Notes under the pieces: model-generated | What the model saw: the letters and a program-made list of their open reading frames with translations, nothing else | What the model was told of the DNA's origin: nothing | The model's database searches: none | Shown: positions 13,621 to 24,598 of the stretch, one piece after another | Numbering within the stretch: the stretch's first letter is position 1 | How the letters are laid out: each line of letters begins with the position of its first letter | NCBI RefSeq assembly: GCF_001194135.2 | Contig: NC_068982.1 | Coordinates: forward strand, 84,145,111 to 84,209,110 | Source: Octopus bimaculoides | Lineage: Eukaryota | Direction of reading: 5' to 3' | DNA: 64,000 bases | Made by a program: the position numbers and the translations under genes

Positions 13621-14279
13621 ACCCCTCCCCCGATTTACAGTTTACACATATTTATACCCGTGGAGGTTTTTTTATCGCGGGTGCCATTGAGTTGCGCATG
13701 TGCATGCATCCGTCTACTGACTAGCACAGGTGCACCCGTCCACTGACTAGCCAGGGGTGGGGGCTGGGGGCGACGGTTTCACTCTTCTTAAGTAGTACNN
13801 NNNNNNNNNNNNNNNNNNNNNNNNNNNNNNNNNNNNNNNNNNNNNNNNNNNNNNNNNNNNNNNNNNNNNNNNNNNNNNNNNNNNNNNNNNNNNNNNNNNN
13901 NNNNNNNNNNNNNNNNNNNNNNNNNNNNNNNNNNNNNNNNNNNNNNNNNNNNNNNNNNNNNNNNNNNNNNNNNNNNNNNNNNNNNNNNNNNNNNNNNNNN
14001 NNNNNNNNNNNNNNNNNNNNNNNNNNNNNNNNNNNNNNNNNNNNNNNNNNNNNNNNNNNNNNNNNNNNNNNNNNNNNNNNNNNNNNNNNNNNNNNNNNNN
14101 NNNNNNNNNNNNNNNNNNNNNNNNNNNNNNNNNNNNNNNNNNNNNNNNNNNNNNNNNNNNNNNNNNNNNNNNNNNNNNNNNNNNNNNNNNNNNNNNNNNN
14201 NNNNNNNNNNNNNNNNNNNNNNNNNNNNNNNNNNNNNNNNNNNNNNNNNNNNNNNNNNNNNNNNNNNNNNNNNNNNNNN

Positions 14280-14645
14280 CTTACGCTATGAATCCTAAAT
14301 ATCGGCCTTTTCCGTAAAAAGTGTCTTCGGCGATCTTTACCAAAGATCGGCCTTTTCCATAACACCCGCACGATTTTCACTACGGTGTTAGGGTTAGGGT
14401 TTTAGTGTCACGGTTAGAGTTTTAGGGTTACGGTTACGGTTAGGGACGGAATTCCCTAACCCTAATCCTAACTGTAAACCCTTCAAAAGAAATCGCGCTC
14501 TCTGTATCTCTTTCGCTTTTATGACGTCGTTTCCCTGTTTCTCTCCAACACTTTTTACGGAAAAGGCCGATCTTTAGTAAAGATCGCCGAAGACACTTTT
14601 TACGGAAAAGGCCGATATTTAGGACTCGTACCGTAAGATCGCCCC
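14280..14645. mobile_element. MITE with ~85-bp TIRs, internal telomere-like repeats and internal hairpin
   Basis: Left 'cttacgctatgaatcctaaatatcggccttttccgtaaaaagtgtcttcggcgatcttta' is the reverse complement of the right end at ~14545-14637. The left terminus is lost in an N gap. Confidence 0.85.
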
Positions 14646-14649
14646 AGTA

Positions 14650-15003
14650 TTTTAAAAAATCTAAGCTGTTAGAATATTTCTTTTATTTTTTTTGATTTCC
14701 AGTACTTCATGAAGGAAGAAATCAAGAACCACTGCCCTAAGCAAAACAATGAGGCCGAAGCACAGTGAATGAAAAACAATTCTTCCGCGAATGCTGAATG
14801 AGCTAAAACTAGAAAGTTCCCTCGAAAACCGACCGTTTGTGACGAGAACTGACCCCCATATCGAAAAAACAACTTCTAAAACTCTCGGTTAGCATTAATA
14901 TTTTAAATGAAAAAGTAACATTAAGAATGAAACGATTTATTCATAACCAAACAGGTACATGAATCTTCGAAGTTTGAAGGACGTCACAGTTTAAGTAGCT
15001 GAC
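14650..15003 (+). promoter_or_regulatory. Probable FAHD1 promoter/5'UTR region
   Basis: Non-repetitive stretch with several CpGs directly upstream of the ATG, including a CRE-like GGACGTCA near 14979. Assignment is by position only. Confidence 0.45.
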
Positions 15004-15059
15004 ATGTCGCGGTATCTTGAAATTTGTAGGAAAGTTCTTGCAATCGGTCGGAACTACAG
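15004..15059 (+). CDS. FAHD1: FAHD1 coding exon 1 (MSRYLEICRKVLAIGRNY + AG), phase-2 donor GTAAAG at 15060
   Basis: ATG at 15004 with an in-frame TAA upstream at 14992-14994. The translation contains the FAH-family 'K.V.AIGRNY' motif. It ends AG|GTAAAG and joins exon 2 in phase (AG+A = Arg), giving GRNYRDHAIELG. Confidence 0.93.
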
Positions 15060-15527
15060 GTAAAGTGGAATAAAATTAACGCACTAATATGTTTATTCAA
15101 AATAGTGGTAATCGCATACTTTAGCTTTTCTTTCCGTTTGGCAAAGTACAATTTTATGTAGGTATGTCAAACAAGCAAGTACACTTGTGTCGGGGTGGGG
15201 GGTACAACTCAGTAGTTATGCCCACTTGTGTAGGTATAACCAGATTTTAATGCTTAATTAGACGGGCGATAAATGTAAATTATACATGTGGTGCAGGTCG
15301 GGCATTGGCACAACATTTGTTTAAAATTATATCTTCTTTATTTGTTTAGGCATACACTCGTACACCCATTTGCTTCCTCCACACAAATACCAAGAAACAG
15401 AACACGTTCGCACAACACACCCATTAGCTTCCTCTTCCACTTCGATACGTCAAATAGATCAAGCACGCACACACATATACCGGAGTGTTTACAGTTGATA
15501 AGACTACACGTGCTCACGGTACACTAT

Positions 15528-15605
15528 TTTTCCCAGCTAAATGCTAGATTCAAATTTTTTTCTACTAAATGCTTAGAAGAAATGCTAGATGCAGTCTTAA
15601 AAATG
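15528..15605 (-). mobile_element. hAT subterminal fragment
   Basis: Reverse complement matches ~25215-25290 and the left subterminal region of the 41801 hAT. Confidence 0.6.
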
Positions 15606-16549
15606 GATGTACAAACAAAGGGGAGACACTTAGCAATAAATATACGAGAATTGAAAAATGCGCACGTTCAAAAGGCTTACAGATTGTCATAATAAACCTT
15701 AAAAAGTATGGGACTAGCATTGTTGCTCAAAAATATTGGAATCGCTATATGTTGTGCATTTTGCGGTATCTTAAAACGAAAAGAGACTCGTGTGAATTAT
15801 GTCACAATAATTATTAAATCGAGATTTTAATATAAAAATTTGAAAACGTACAAGATATGATCCTTAATTTCGAATAAGTAAATTCATTGTAATACTCTTC
15901 ATACCAAAGTATATAAAAAACACTGCTTGCAAATTACCATAATAATAAAAAATAAAAAAACTGGATTTATGATGAAGTCGAATCTATATAACAGCTTTAA
16001 CCTTTTTTACCTGGTTGGGTGGTTCTTCGTTTATTTGTTTTTAAGGTTATGGTTATTCGTGAGTAACTCGCAGGTTTTCTAACCAATACTCAAGAAATTA
16101 TGTAAATCTGACTCGTAAAGTATTATTCAATATTTATTTACTTTATTAAATTCAAATTCAATTGTTTAAACAGTATGATAAATAAAACAGGAGTGCTCTC
16201 CCATAGTTTACTTTTTTTTTTAGAAGGCATATGATAAAAGGCTTTTTCTAATTCGTTTTCTTCTAAGAGTTTACTTGTTGAGATGGATGACAAGTATTGA
16301 ATTTCTTAACTAATTCCTCAAACTACTCCAGACAGAATTTAGATAAATTATTTAAGGTCATGATAGAGAAAAATAGACACTGCAATGTCTTTTTCATGAG
16401 CGTGACAATAATTCAACACTACAAGACATGAGGCAGCCTAAAAGTCACTGGAAAATATCAGAAAACCTGGGTTTCCAGAAGCGTCAGAAACAATTTTTGG
16501 TCGAATTTGACTTCGTCTAAACTTGTATTTTAGCGCCAATAGAAAATTT

Positions 16550-16686
16550 GGTAATTTTACAGATTAACACCCACATGATTACCTAACCCTAACCTTAAAC
16601 ACTAACCCTAACACTAACCCTAAAACCCTAACCCTGACCCTAACACCCTAGTGAAAATCGTGCGGGTGTTAATCTGAAAAATTACC
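16550..16686. mobile_element. 137-bp Merlin-type MITE filled with CCCTAA-like repeats
   Basis: ~31-bp TIRs GGTAATTTT(A/T)CAGATTAACACCC, GG...CC termini and an exact 8-bp TSD GAAAATTT (16542-16549 and 16687-16694). Confidence 0.9.
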
Positions 16687-17456
16687 GAAAATTTTCACTA
16701 AACAACTCCAGTGTATTTCAAAACATATCTGCTTCGAAACTTTTTACTACACAGCGAAAATACGAAACCGAAATAGTTATAAGTAAAGATAATTCGCATT
16801 ATGATACACTATTATGCAAATTAAACAAATTATTTCTAAATTATTTTTGATTGATTATTTGTAAATTTATAAAAATTATCATTCATAGATTGAATTGTGA
16901 CGTAATAAATGACATTAGTATTTTGTACACAATTGTTTTGTTAAAATTGAGTATACAATAATTCAATTTAATTAATTTTTGGTACAACTTAATTTCGATN
17001 NNNNNNNNNNNNNNNNNNNNNNNNNNNNNNNNNNNNNNNNNNNNNNNNNNNNNNNNNNNNNNNNNNNNNNNNNNNNNNNNNNNNNNNNNNNNNNNNNNNN
17101 NNNNNNNNNNNNNNNNNNNNNNNNNNNNNNNNNNNNNNNNNNNNNNNNNNNNNNNNNNNNNNNNNNNNNNNNNNNNNNNNNNNNNNNNNNNNNNNNNNNN
17201 NNNNNNNNNNNNNNNNNNNNNNNNNNNNNNNNNNNNNNNNNNNNNNNNNNNNNNNNNNNNNNNNNNNNNNNNNNNNNNNNNNNNNNNNNNNNNNNNNNNN
17301 NNNNNNNNNNNNNNNNNNNNNNNNNNNNNNNNNNNNNNNNNNNNNNNNNNNNNNNNNNNNNNNNNNNNNNNNNNNNNNNNNNNNNNNNNNNNNNNNNGGA
17401 TTGTGTAGAAAAAAAAATTAAATAAAAAAAAGGGGTGTTTATGGTAGGGTACAAAA

Positions 17457-17560
17457 GGAAGTCTTGCCCACCCGGTGTTTAGAGTTAGGTTTAGAGTTGG
17501 GGCTAGGATTAGGGTTAGGGTTTTTGTTACGCCGAAAACGGGTGGTGTGTGTATTCTTCA
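17457..17560. repeat. Degenerate small repeat/MITE with TTAGGG-like core
   Basis: 'gtttagagttaggtttagagttggggctaggattagggttaggg'; the flank resembles the reverse complement of 546-580. Confidence 0.45.
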
Positions 17561-18214
17561 CCTCCGCCATAGAATGTACAGCATATAGTGATTCCAATAT
17601 TTTTGAGCAACAATGCTAATCCCATACTTTTTAAGGTTTATTATGACAGTCTGTAACCCTTTTGAGCGTGCACACTTTTCAATGAATTAGAGTTTCGTAC
17701 TTTTTAAGGCAATGCTTGTAATATTTTATATATGTACCGTATTTCTCCTAATGGTGTGGTAGACTCTAATAACCACCACCTGAACGCCAACCAATTGAAA
17801 TAGTGTGACTGTCACAATATTAAAAAATGTACGATACAATCGATAATAATTGTTGTATCATATAGAGAGATAAATGGTTGCAAGAATCTGGTCGAGTGAC
17901 ATGACTTTCCAGTATTATAATGAAAATTGCCATGGAAGCTGCAAATCCGACCAACAACCTCCAAAAAGTTAAAGAAATTGCAGTCATTCACCTCTGAGAT
18001 AATATACCTCAATGGTGGGACCAGATTCATATTATCCTAATAAATTCATAAATGCACTTAAGCTATTCAAATAAAGCACTGTATAGAGATAAAAAGTTAT
18101 ATCTCACCACCTCTGTCACATTTCCTGTCTGACCATCAAGCAAATGATTCATCAAATAATACTTGTTGCTTTATATTGGCCTTGAAAATTAATTTCATTT
18201 CGATTCAATTTAAT

Positions 18215-18842
18215 TCAATTTTTCCAAGAATAACAGGTAGTTGTTAAGCAGTTTACACAGGAAGCTATGTACTGCTTGGAAGAGACGGCATCATCAATGA
18301 TGGCCCATTTGTCTTGGTTGCGAACAATGCTGGTGTAGTAGCCAGAGTCTGCTCTAGTCAACATGTGCAACACTGAGCTGATCAATCGGTATCTCTGGTT
18401 GTAAATGTTCTGCTTATTCAGAGAATAATTCATCAGCTCCAAATTAACCCTGACCATCTGATTGTCTATATATTTGAATTTGTTCAAATAAACAACCAGG
18501 TAACACATAGTTTGGGAACGCATGGCTCACTCTACCAGTGTGCTTGGTGTCAATGCCACACAGACTGTACGTCCTGATAATTGAAGCTTCGTTTTTGAGC
18601 AAGCTCTTAAATTGTTGCCGACCACTAATAGGATGCAATATCAGATCAGACTCGAGGTCAGTTGTATTTGTGGAAGTGCCACAGCCGTTTGGTTGATGCA
18701 CAGTCACAGTTATTATTGTGTAATTTGGGGCAATTGGCCTCGTGGTTTCTAGTGCACCTGAGCAATGTATTCTCCTCAAACATGAACATATAGTGATGTC
18801 AAGGTTATCCATTTTATAGTGATAATGTAGATTTAATGACAC
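18215..18842 (-). pseudogene. Intronless, frameshifted ubiquitin-specific protease (peptidase C19) C-terminal domain remnant
   Basis: Joined frames read 'YSLCG...FPNY..LVVYLNKFKY...YRLISSVLHM...SGYYTSIVRNQDKWAIIDDAV'. This matches the USP 'L.I.LKRF', 'Y.L..V..H', His box (GHY degraded to GYY) and W..FDD motifs. Confidence 0.75.
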
Positions 18843-18869
18843 TATAATTTAGTCGGTATGAGAGAAAGA

Positions 18870-19308
18870 GGGGTCACCATCTTGTTCATAAAAACAAGAA
18901 AATAGAGATTCACGAGACGCTTGTAATAAGTCATAGCTTTTATTATTGGAGGTAATGCGTTAACATACAAGGTTAATTGAAGGAAAACTTATAACATTAC
19001 ATGAATATGTTCTGTTTGCAGTCACATGTCTCCCAGTAAGAAAGGTGAATGTGTGCACAAGTGGGCATAAACTGTGGCGATTTGACTCAATGCCAGCCTA
19101 AGGTTAGACAGCTACAGAGTGGTGCGAATTTAGAATTTCTTCCTTTATATAAGGGATAGACTGGAAGTCCCCAACTTTCACATAAACCGGAAGCTTCCAG
19201 AAAGGTCTCGAGCATTCTAGAAGCTTGAGAGAAATTACTCTCATTAAATCCCTTTTCTGTTTTGCTTGCCAACGTAGCTGCCAGGGATCACTATTTAACT
19301 CCCCCTTC
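18870..19308 (-). mobile_element. LTR (~18883-19298) with upstream PPT and downstream tRNA-Trp PBS
   Basis: On the minus strand: GAAGGGGGAG, then the LTR with TATATAAA (19144-19151) and AATAAA-like signal, ending ...GAACA, then aga TGGTGACCCC (complementary to the 3' end of eukaryotic tRNA-Trp). Confidence 0.7.
19189..19228. promoter_or_regulatory. Heat-shock elements within the LTR
   Basis: gGAAg-cTTCc-aGAAa (19189-19203) is a perfect 3-unit inverted nGAAn array. A second array, aTTCt-aGAAg-cTTGa, is at 19214-19228. The first lies ~40 bp upstream of the minus-strand TATA. Confidence 0.65.
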
Positions 19309-20919
19309 AGATGAGCAGTCGATAAGCAGAGTCATTGTAGTGATCCAGGGCAGATACAAAGCAAAACGAGGTAGCAGAAACATGTACTTGCAAAACAAGT
19401 AGTAAAATAGAAAAATCAATACATGCATCATGATAGATACTGAATATAATTGCAGAGTTTGGCACAGTAAACCTTTAGCTACACAGTTATGCACATCAAA
19501 TTAAATGCAAAACATGGCAAAATGAAAATACAATGTGAAAACATGCATGGGAACAGTGTTTGTGAATAGCGTTCTTTGTAAAAGAAATAACAAACAGTTT
19601 GTGTTTTAATACAAAGTTAAATGTACATAGTTCTGGATAATTTTTGTGTGAGTGCGACAGTACGCAGTAAAGTGTATGCATCATATTAGATATGTAACAC
19701 TACAAAAAGGAAGCTGAAGGAAGCTCTTCATAGCTTGCTGCTTGGGAAGGTGGTTTCCGCGAGATAGAGCAAGCAAAACTTGATGTGCATGCGTGATAGC
19801 TGACGTCCAGGAAACTGGAAATCACAGGATGCGAAAGTCAAGGTGTATGAGAGTGCAATGTTGGCTGTTGAGACATAAGCAGTACCAAAATTTAACCTGC
19901 AAGAGCAGTGGGTCGTTTGCAGAGGCTGAAAGGGTGTAGGTGCTAGAAAAACGACAGTGACTAGCAAAGTGAGTCAAACCATAAGGATGGCGGCAAAAAA
20001 AGGAAGTTCCAACATGCAAGAGACTTGGTGTTGATCAGGCAACAAAGGAAGAAAATGCACGGATCTGCATTCATAAAAGGTGGTTTGTGCATCCTACAAA
20101 CCAGAGAAGAAACGCATGACAGAAACACGTAAGGAGCTGTTTTTTGCCAGATGAAAATGGCTTGAGAAAAGCATTCAGCTAGAATAAACCTAAAAATGTT
20201 TGGGATTGGATAGCATGCGACAGATAGCATGTATGTGTGTATGTATGAACGTTGAGCAATAAAAAAATGTGCAATTGTAACTGCTGAAAACACTGTAAAA
20301 CAACATCGATTGCAGAGTCTGATGCAGTATTTCCCAGCGAAAGCTGTGCATTGAAGACTGAGCGTGCAAGGTGAGGTACTGAATAGAGGGCGTTTCACAG
20401 TGTTAAAAGGCATGTTACAAAATGGATGGAAGAAAAAATGTAACAAAATGAACAGAAAGAAATTGAAGCAGAAAAGTTTATGGTGAGGCTGAAAAAATAT
20501 GAAGGAAAGACAAGAAAACATGCAAAATGTTCAGTTCATTGAATAACTGTTCCAATGAATGCTGTTAAGAAATGCATGGTTGTTGAAAAGAAACGTCACA
20601 TTTTGGATTAGGAAGTTGTTTGAGGTGCCGTCCAACTGTGTGGTGTTCAGAGTGACTGAAATTTGCTGTATAAGGCTATAAAACCAGTTGCTGTACAGAA
20701 AATTGCACAGGAACGATTCGAAACTGGCATTGAAATCGTGGCAGTGGTGACATTAGCACTGTAGTCCTGTACGAAGGCTGAGACAGCGTTGATGATAACG
20801 CTGTGTGCATGGTTGTCGAAGTCTGGCCATGTGGAAAATTTGAGACAGGTGAATGCAATAGAGAACTGTTGAGATTTGGCGTGCACATCCACTGCGCATG
20901 CACAGAGTGGTAATTTCAC

Positions 20920-22080
20920 AGGAAAAACCAGCGAGGAAGATGAAGACGGATGCCATGTTGGAAAGACTCCAACTTGTATTTTTGGCACGAACCGTTGACA
21001 GTTGACATTGTGAGAGTAAATTACTTCAAAAGGAGATTATTTGAAAGGACACTATGTATTTCCTTGTCAGAAGAATGCATACTCTGTTAGGTACAAGTTC
21101 AAGGTGAAGAAAACGAATTCTAGAGGTTCAGAAATGCTAATGAAGAAATGTGGTCTAGAAATAATCTTGGCTATTTCTGTTCTGTCAGAGAGCGAATTGT
21201 AAAGTCGCCAAACATTAGATTAACTGTGGATTCGTCAGAGCATTATTACCACAATCTGCTCATGCTCTTCAAGCTTTGGCATGGCAAGGAAAAAGACTAG
21301 CTTGAAGGTTACAAGACTTATAGGAGTCCTTTGATCAGTGTGCTAATGATTTATTTGAAATGGTCAGGTTCTAGAATGTGCACAGGTGTATAGAGGATGT
21401 GCTGGAACATGACAAAAATATTCAAAGTGAATCTCAGACTGATCTCAATGAGGGCTATTCTTGTGGTGATCATATGGCAGATGAAAATGTTGATGTCGAT
21501 TTGTCTCACATGAGAAATGTCACTGAGGGTGCACTGAGTCATAAAGAAAGCCAACTGAATGACATGCAAAGAAAAATTTATGATGGTATTGTGGCCAGTA
21601 TTGAGAAACAAAACAATCACTGGGACATCAACGAACCTTATCCGCGATGTCATTGTGATGACTGTGCACAAGTTTTGAAATTTGTTTCTGGTATTGGTGA
21701 CATAGGCAAAAGTCCGGCTGATAAAATTCAGTACATGTACCAAAAAGACAATGGCCCAAGTGTAGTGATATCAGCACCAAGCTTTCCAACTAAATGGAAC
21801 AATTGTTCATCGATTGTTAAAACTCAAAGTGCAGCACAGCAAAACTCCTGTGTATGAGGAACTATCAAAAGACAATCTAAAACTGTTGTAGACAATGCTT
21901 CAGTATGTGAGACTGATTATAAATGATGAGGTTAGCATGGTCAGTCAATTGCAGCTGGCTTTTATTCACTTGAGATTGTGCCAACTGTTTGAATCAACAC
22001 AACAGAGTTCGCCTTTCGGACATATAAATGTGGTTGTCTTTGGTGATTTGTTTCAATTACCACGTGTTAGAGATGGTAAC
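20920..22080 (+). pseudogene. Helitron/Helentron Rep-helicase linker and PIF1 helicase motifs I-III
   Basis: 'EHYYHNLLMLFKLW...EGYKTY'; ORF 21378-21857 ('QLNDMQRKIYD', 'FVSGIGDIGKS'); ORF 21895-22107 ('LIINDEVSMVS', 'PFGHINVVVFGDLFQLP'). Confidence 0.92.
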
Positions 22081-22084
22081 TGGG

Positions 22085-23300
22085 CAAGTCTACTCCAATC
22101 CAAATAACGCTTTAAGAACACCCATAGAAATAGTGGCCAAGTAGTTTGTCAGCAGCTTCATATCGGCTGTTTCACGCTTGCCTATCAACTGAAGTCTGAC
22201 ACTCTTATACTTTGAATAAAAGGACTTGGATTTGTCAATCTCAGCCCAAATGCCTTCAGTGTCACTCTTTTCGGACTTTGTCTGATAATAGTAACATATC
22301 AGTTTAGAATCATGCTATCTTCACTGATGTACTGTATATCAACATTCACCTTCCAGACATACAGAACGAGAGGGTTATAGTCATTAATGGACTCTTCCCC
22401 CTGTTGTCTGTCAAGTTTGTAAAGTTTCTTGACAGTTCTGCTTTTGTGGCAAGACTTTATACTCTCGTCTACACTAAGCAAATAGAAATTTCAACAGGAC
22501 ATGGAAATCCAAATCTGCATCCGGTGTAAAATTGACTGTCCGAATAAATCTGTTTTCTGCAGGATCCACTACAGACATGTTATTGAAAATGTGACACCAA
22601 GTCCGACAAAACTGGACTTTCCACATTCGACGGAATATGACAAGTGATCATAGACTGTATAAAAGTCTGAATCATTCTCTTGTTGTCTCTGTCTATAACT
22701 GGGCCACCTTTAATCCACTATTTCATGTGAACATGTGGTGCATCTTTCATATGGTATTCCAATCTCCAAGTGTCAAATGACCTCCTCATAAAGGTGGCAA
22801 ATCAATGGTGGAAATGTTCACTAACAGCCACTACATCATCAGCACACAGCTCATTGGTGTGCTCTGTAGCAATGTTGGTATATCTGCGTTCAACTTTTCC
22901 AAAAATTCATCAGATCTGGCCAAAAGTTCTTTGCACAAGACAAAGTTAAGAACAAGTGGGCCAGGCCATATTTTTCGTCCATAGTCATCAAGTCTGAACA
23001 TTTTCTAGATCAAAATTGCTTGGAACCACGAACATTGGCCACCATCATATTCAAACTGCCCTCATTATCATCAAGCCACCTTTTAAACTTGCTTATAGTC
23101 ATGCAGTTGTTTTTGGTAGTCTTCATAATGGCATCATATATACTGGATTCAATACCTCTCTTGTTGGCTTTATCAACAATAAACATAAGATATTGTATAT
23201 CTCACTGAAATTTATGATTCAGTCTGTTTCTCAGGAACATGTAAAGGTTTACAGAGCTGAATGGTCTGCTATCCATGAACATGCCACATCCTAGCACCAC
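22085..23300 (-). pseudogene. Helentron Rep (HUH endonuclease) remnant
   Basis: Minus-strand translation gives 'VRGSKQF..SDLMTM..YG..HLFLTLSCA', 'WRLEYHMKDAPHVH..WIKGGP', 'GCRFGFP', 'INDYNPLVLYVWKVNVDIQYISEDS' and 'YEAADKLLGH'. Confidence 0.9.
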
Positions 23301-23699
23301 ACTTTTCACATATTTTGCACATAGAGCCCAGGGAGATAATTTTTTCAGATGCATAATTACGATTAGGATCATAATTAAATGTTACACTTTGCCATTGAAA
23401 TCATCTGTACTTCTGATGATTTTCTCTGGAAAGCTTTCTTCATTTTAATCATACATTTCGGTCACTTTCACTCTCTTGTTTTCTATTTATTTGTATTCCT
23501 TGTTTTTTTCAATTTTCTTGTGCTTTTTTATTTCTATCATTTTCCTTCTCTGAAATTTTATTTCCCGATCTTTATCACCTTCTTGTTCTCTTGTCGTCTT
23601 CTCCTATTCTCTCATTTTTCACAACCTAACTTTCCGATAGTTTTCACTTTCTTTTACAATTTTCACAATAAGTATTTGAATTCTCATTCTTTTGTCTTT

Positions 23700-24214
23700 T
23701 TTTAATGTCTTGTAATATTTTATTTCCTTCTACATTTCTTTCACGCTCATGATTGTTTATGGGAAAGAGAGCATCATCGTGACCACTGTCAAATATGTCA
23801 TTATATAACACTGAAATCTTCCTTTCTGTCAATGTTCGACCACAAACGGTGAACAAAGGAAGAATAATTTCATTGTTGTTCTTGTGATGAACCTGAATTG
23901 TGACATTGTACAATTCACTAATGGTAGCTAATTCAACATGACCATGTTCCATCCCTACTCGTGTATGCTTGGTATTCCTGCTTTGTACTTCCAATTATTG
24001 CATATGTATTATACGTACTCTTCCTGAAGAGTTCAGTAATTTCTGTTGTTTTTGAGCTAGAGTGACATAGCTCTGAACATACAGATACCCTCACCCATGA
24101 CTTTATTAAAGGGGTGAAATAATAAATTAATGTAATTGTTGAATATTTTTCAATAAATTCAGTAAGGGACTTCCCCTTCAGTTTAAACTTTAGATGGTTT
24201 TGTGAACAGAACAT
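23700..24214 (-). pseudogene. OTU-family cysteine protease (deubiquitinase) domain upstream of Helentron Rep
   Basis: Frameshift-joined 'YQAYTSRDGTW|GHVELATISELYNVTIQV...ISVLY....SGHDDAL' matches the OTU WG..EL.A.S..Y..I.V and GHY..L boxes. Same strand as Rep, separated by a charged linker. Confidence 0.8.
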
Positions 24215-24546
24215 GACAGAAAATTACAACACCCAAAGGGATAAGATACTAAGTGATAGCAATTTCCCCTTTAGAAATCTGTCTATCTAACTTTGCGATA
24301 GATGAATGAGTGATTATAATTTTGTGAATAATAAAAACAAAATTAATAAGGTACTTCACCTTCAGTGTTGACTTGAAACATCATCTTTGTGAAAAGAAAA
24401 GTGAAAGTATTTAGCAGACAATAACTTGTTTATTGTCTGTTCATAAATGGAAAAAGGAATGCTTTGGTTATTTCCAGATACTTTCGGTTTAAATGTTGTC
24501 AAATACTTGTCTATAGATTTGTAAGTGTGTGTATGTGTGTGTGTGC

Positions 24547-24598
<52 letters not shown>

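Noticed and set aside
14702-14770. Plus-strand acceptor (tttgatttccag) followed by YFMKEEIKNHCPKQNNEAEAQ*
   Set aside because: No upstream partner exon was found and no family was recognised. At most a 5'UTR feature.
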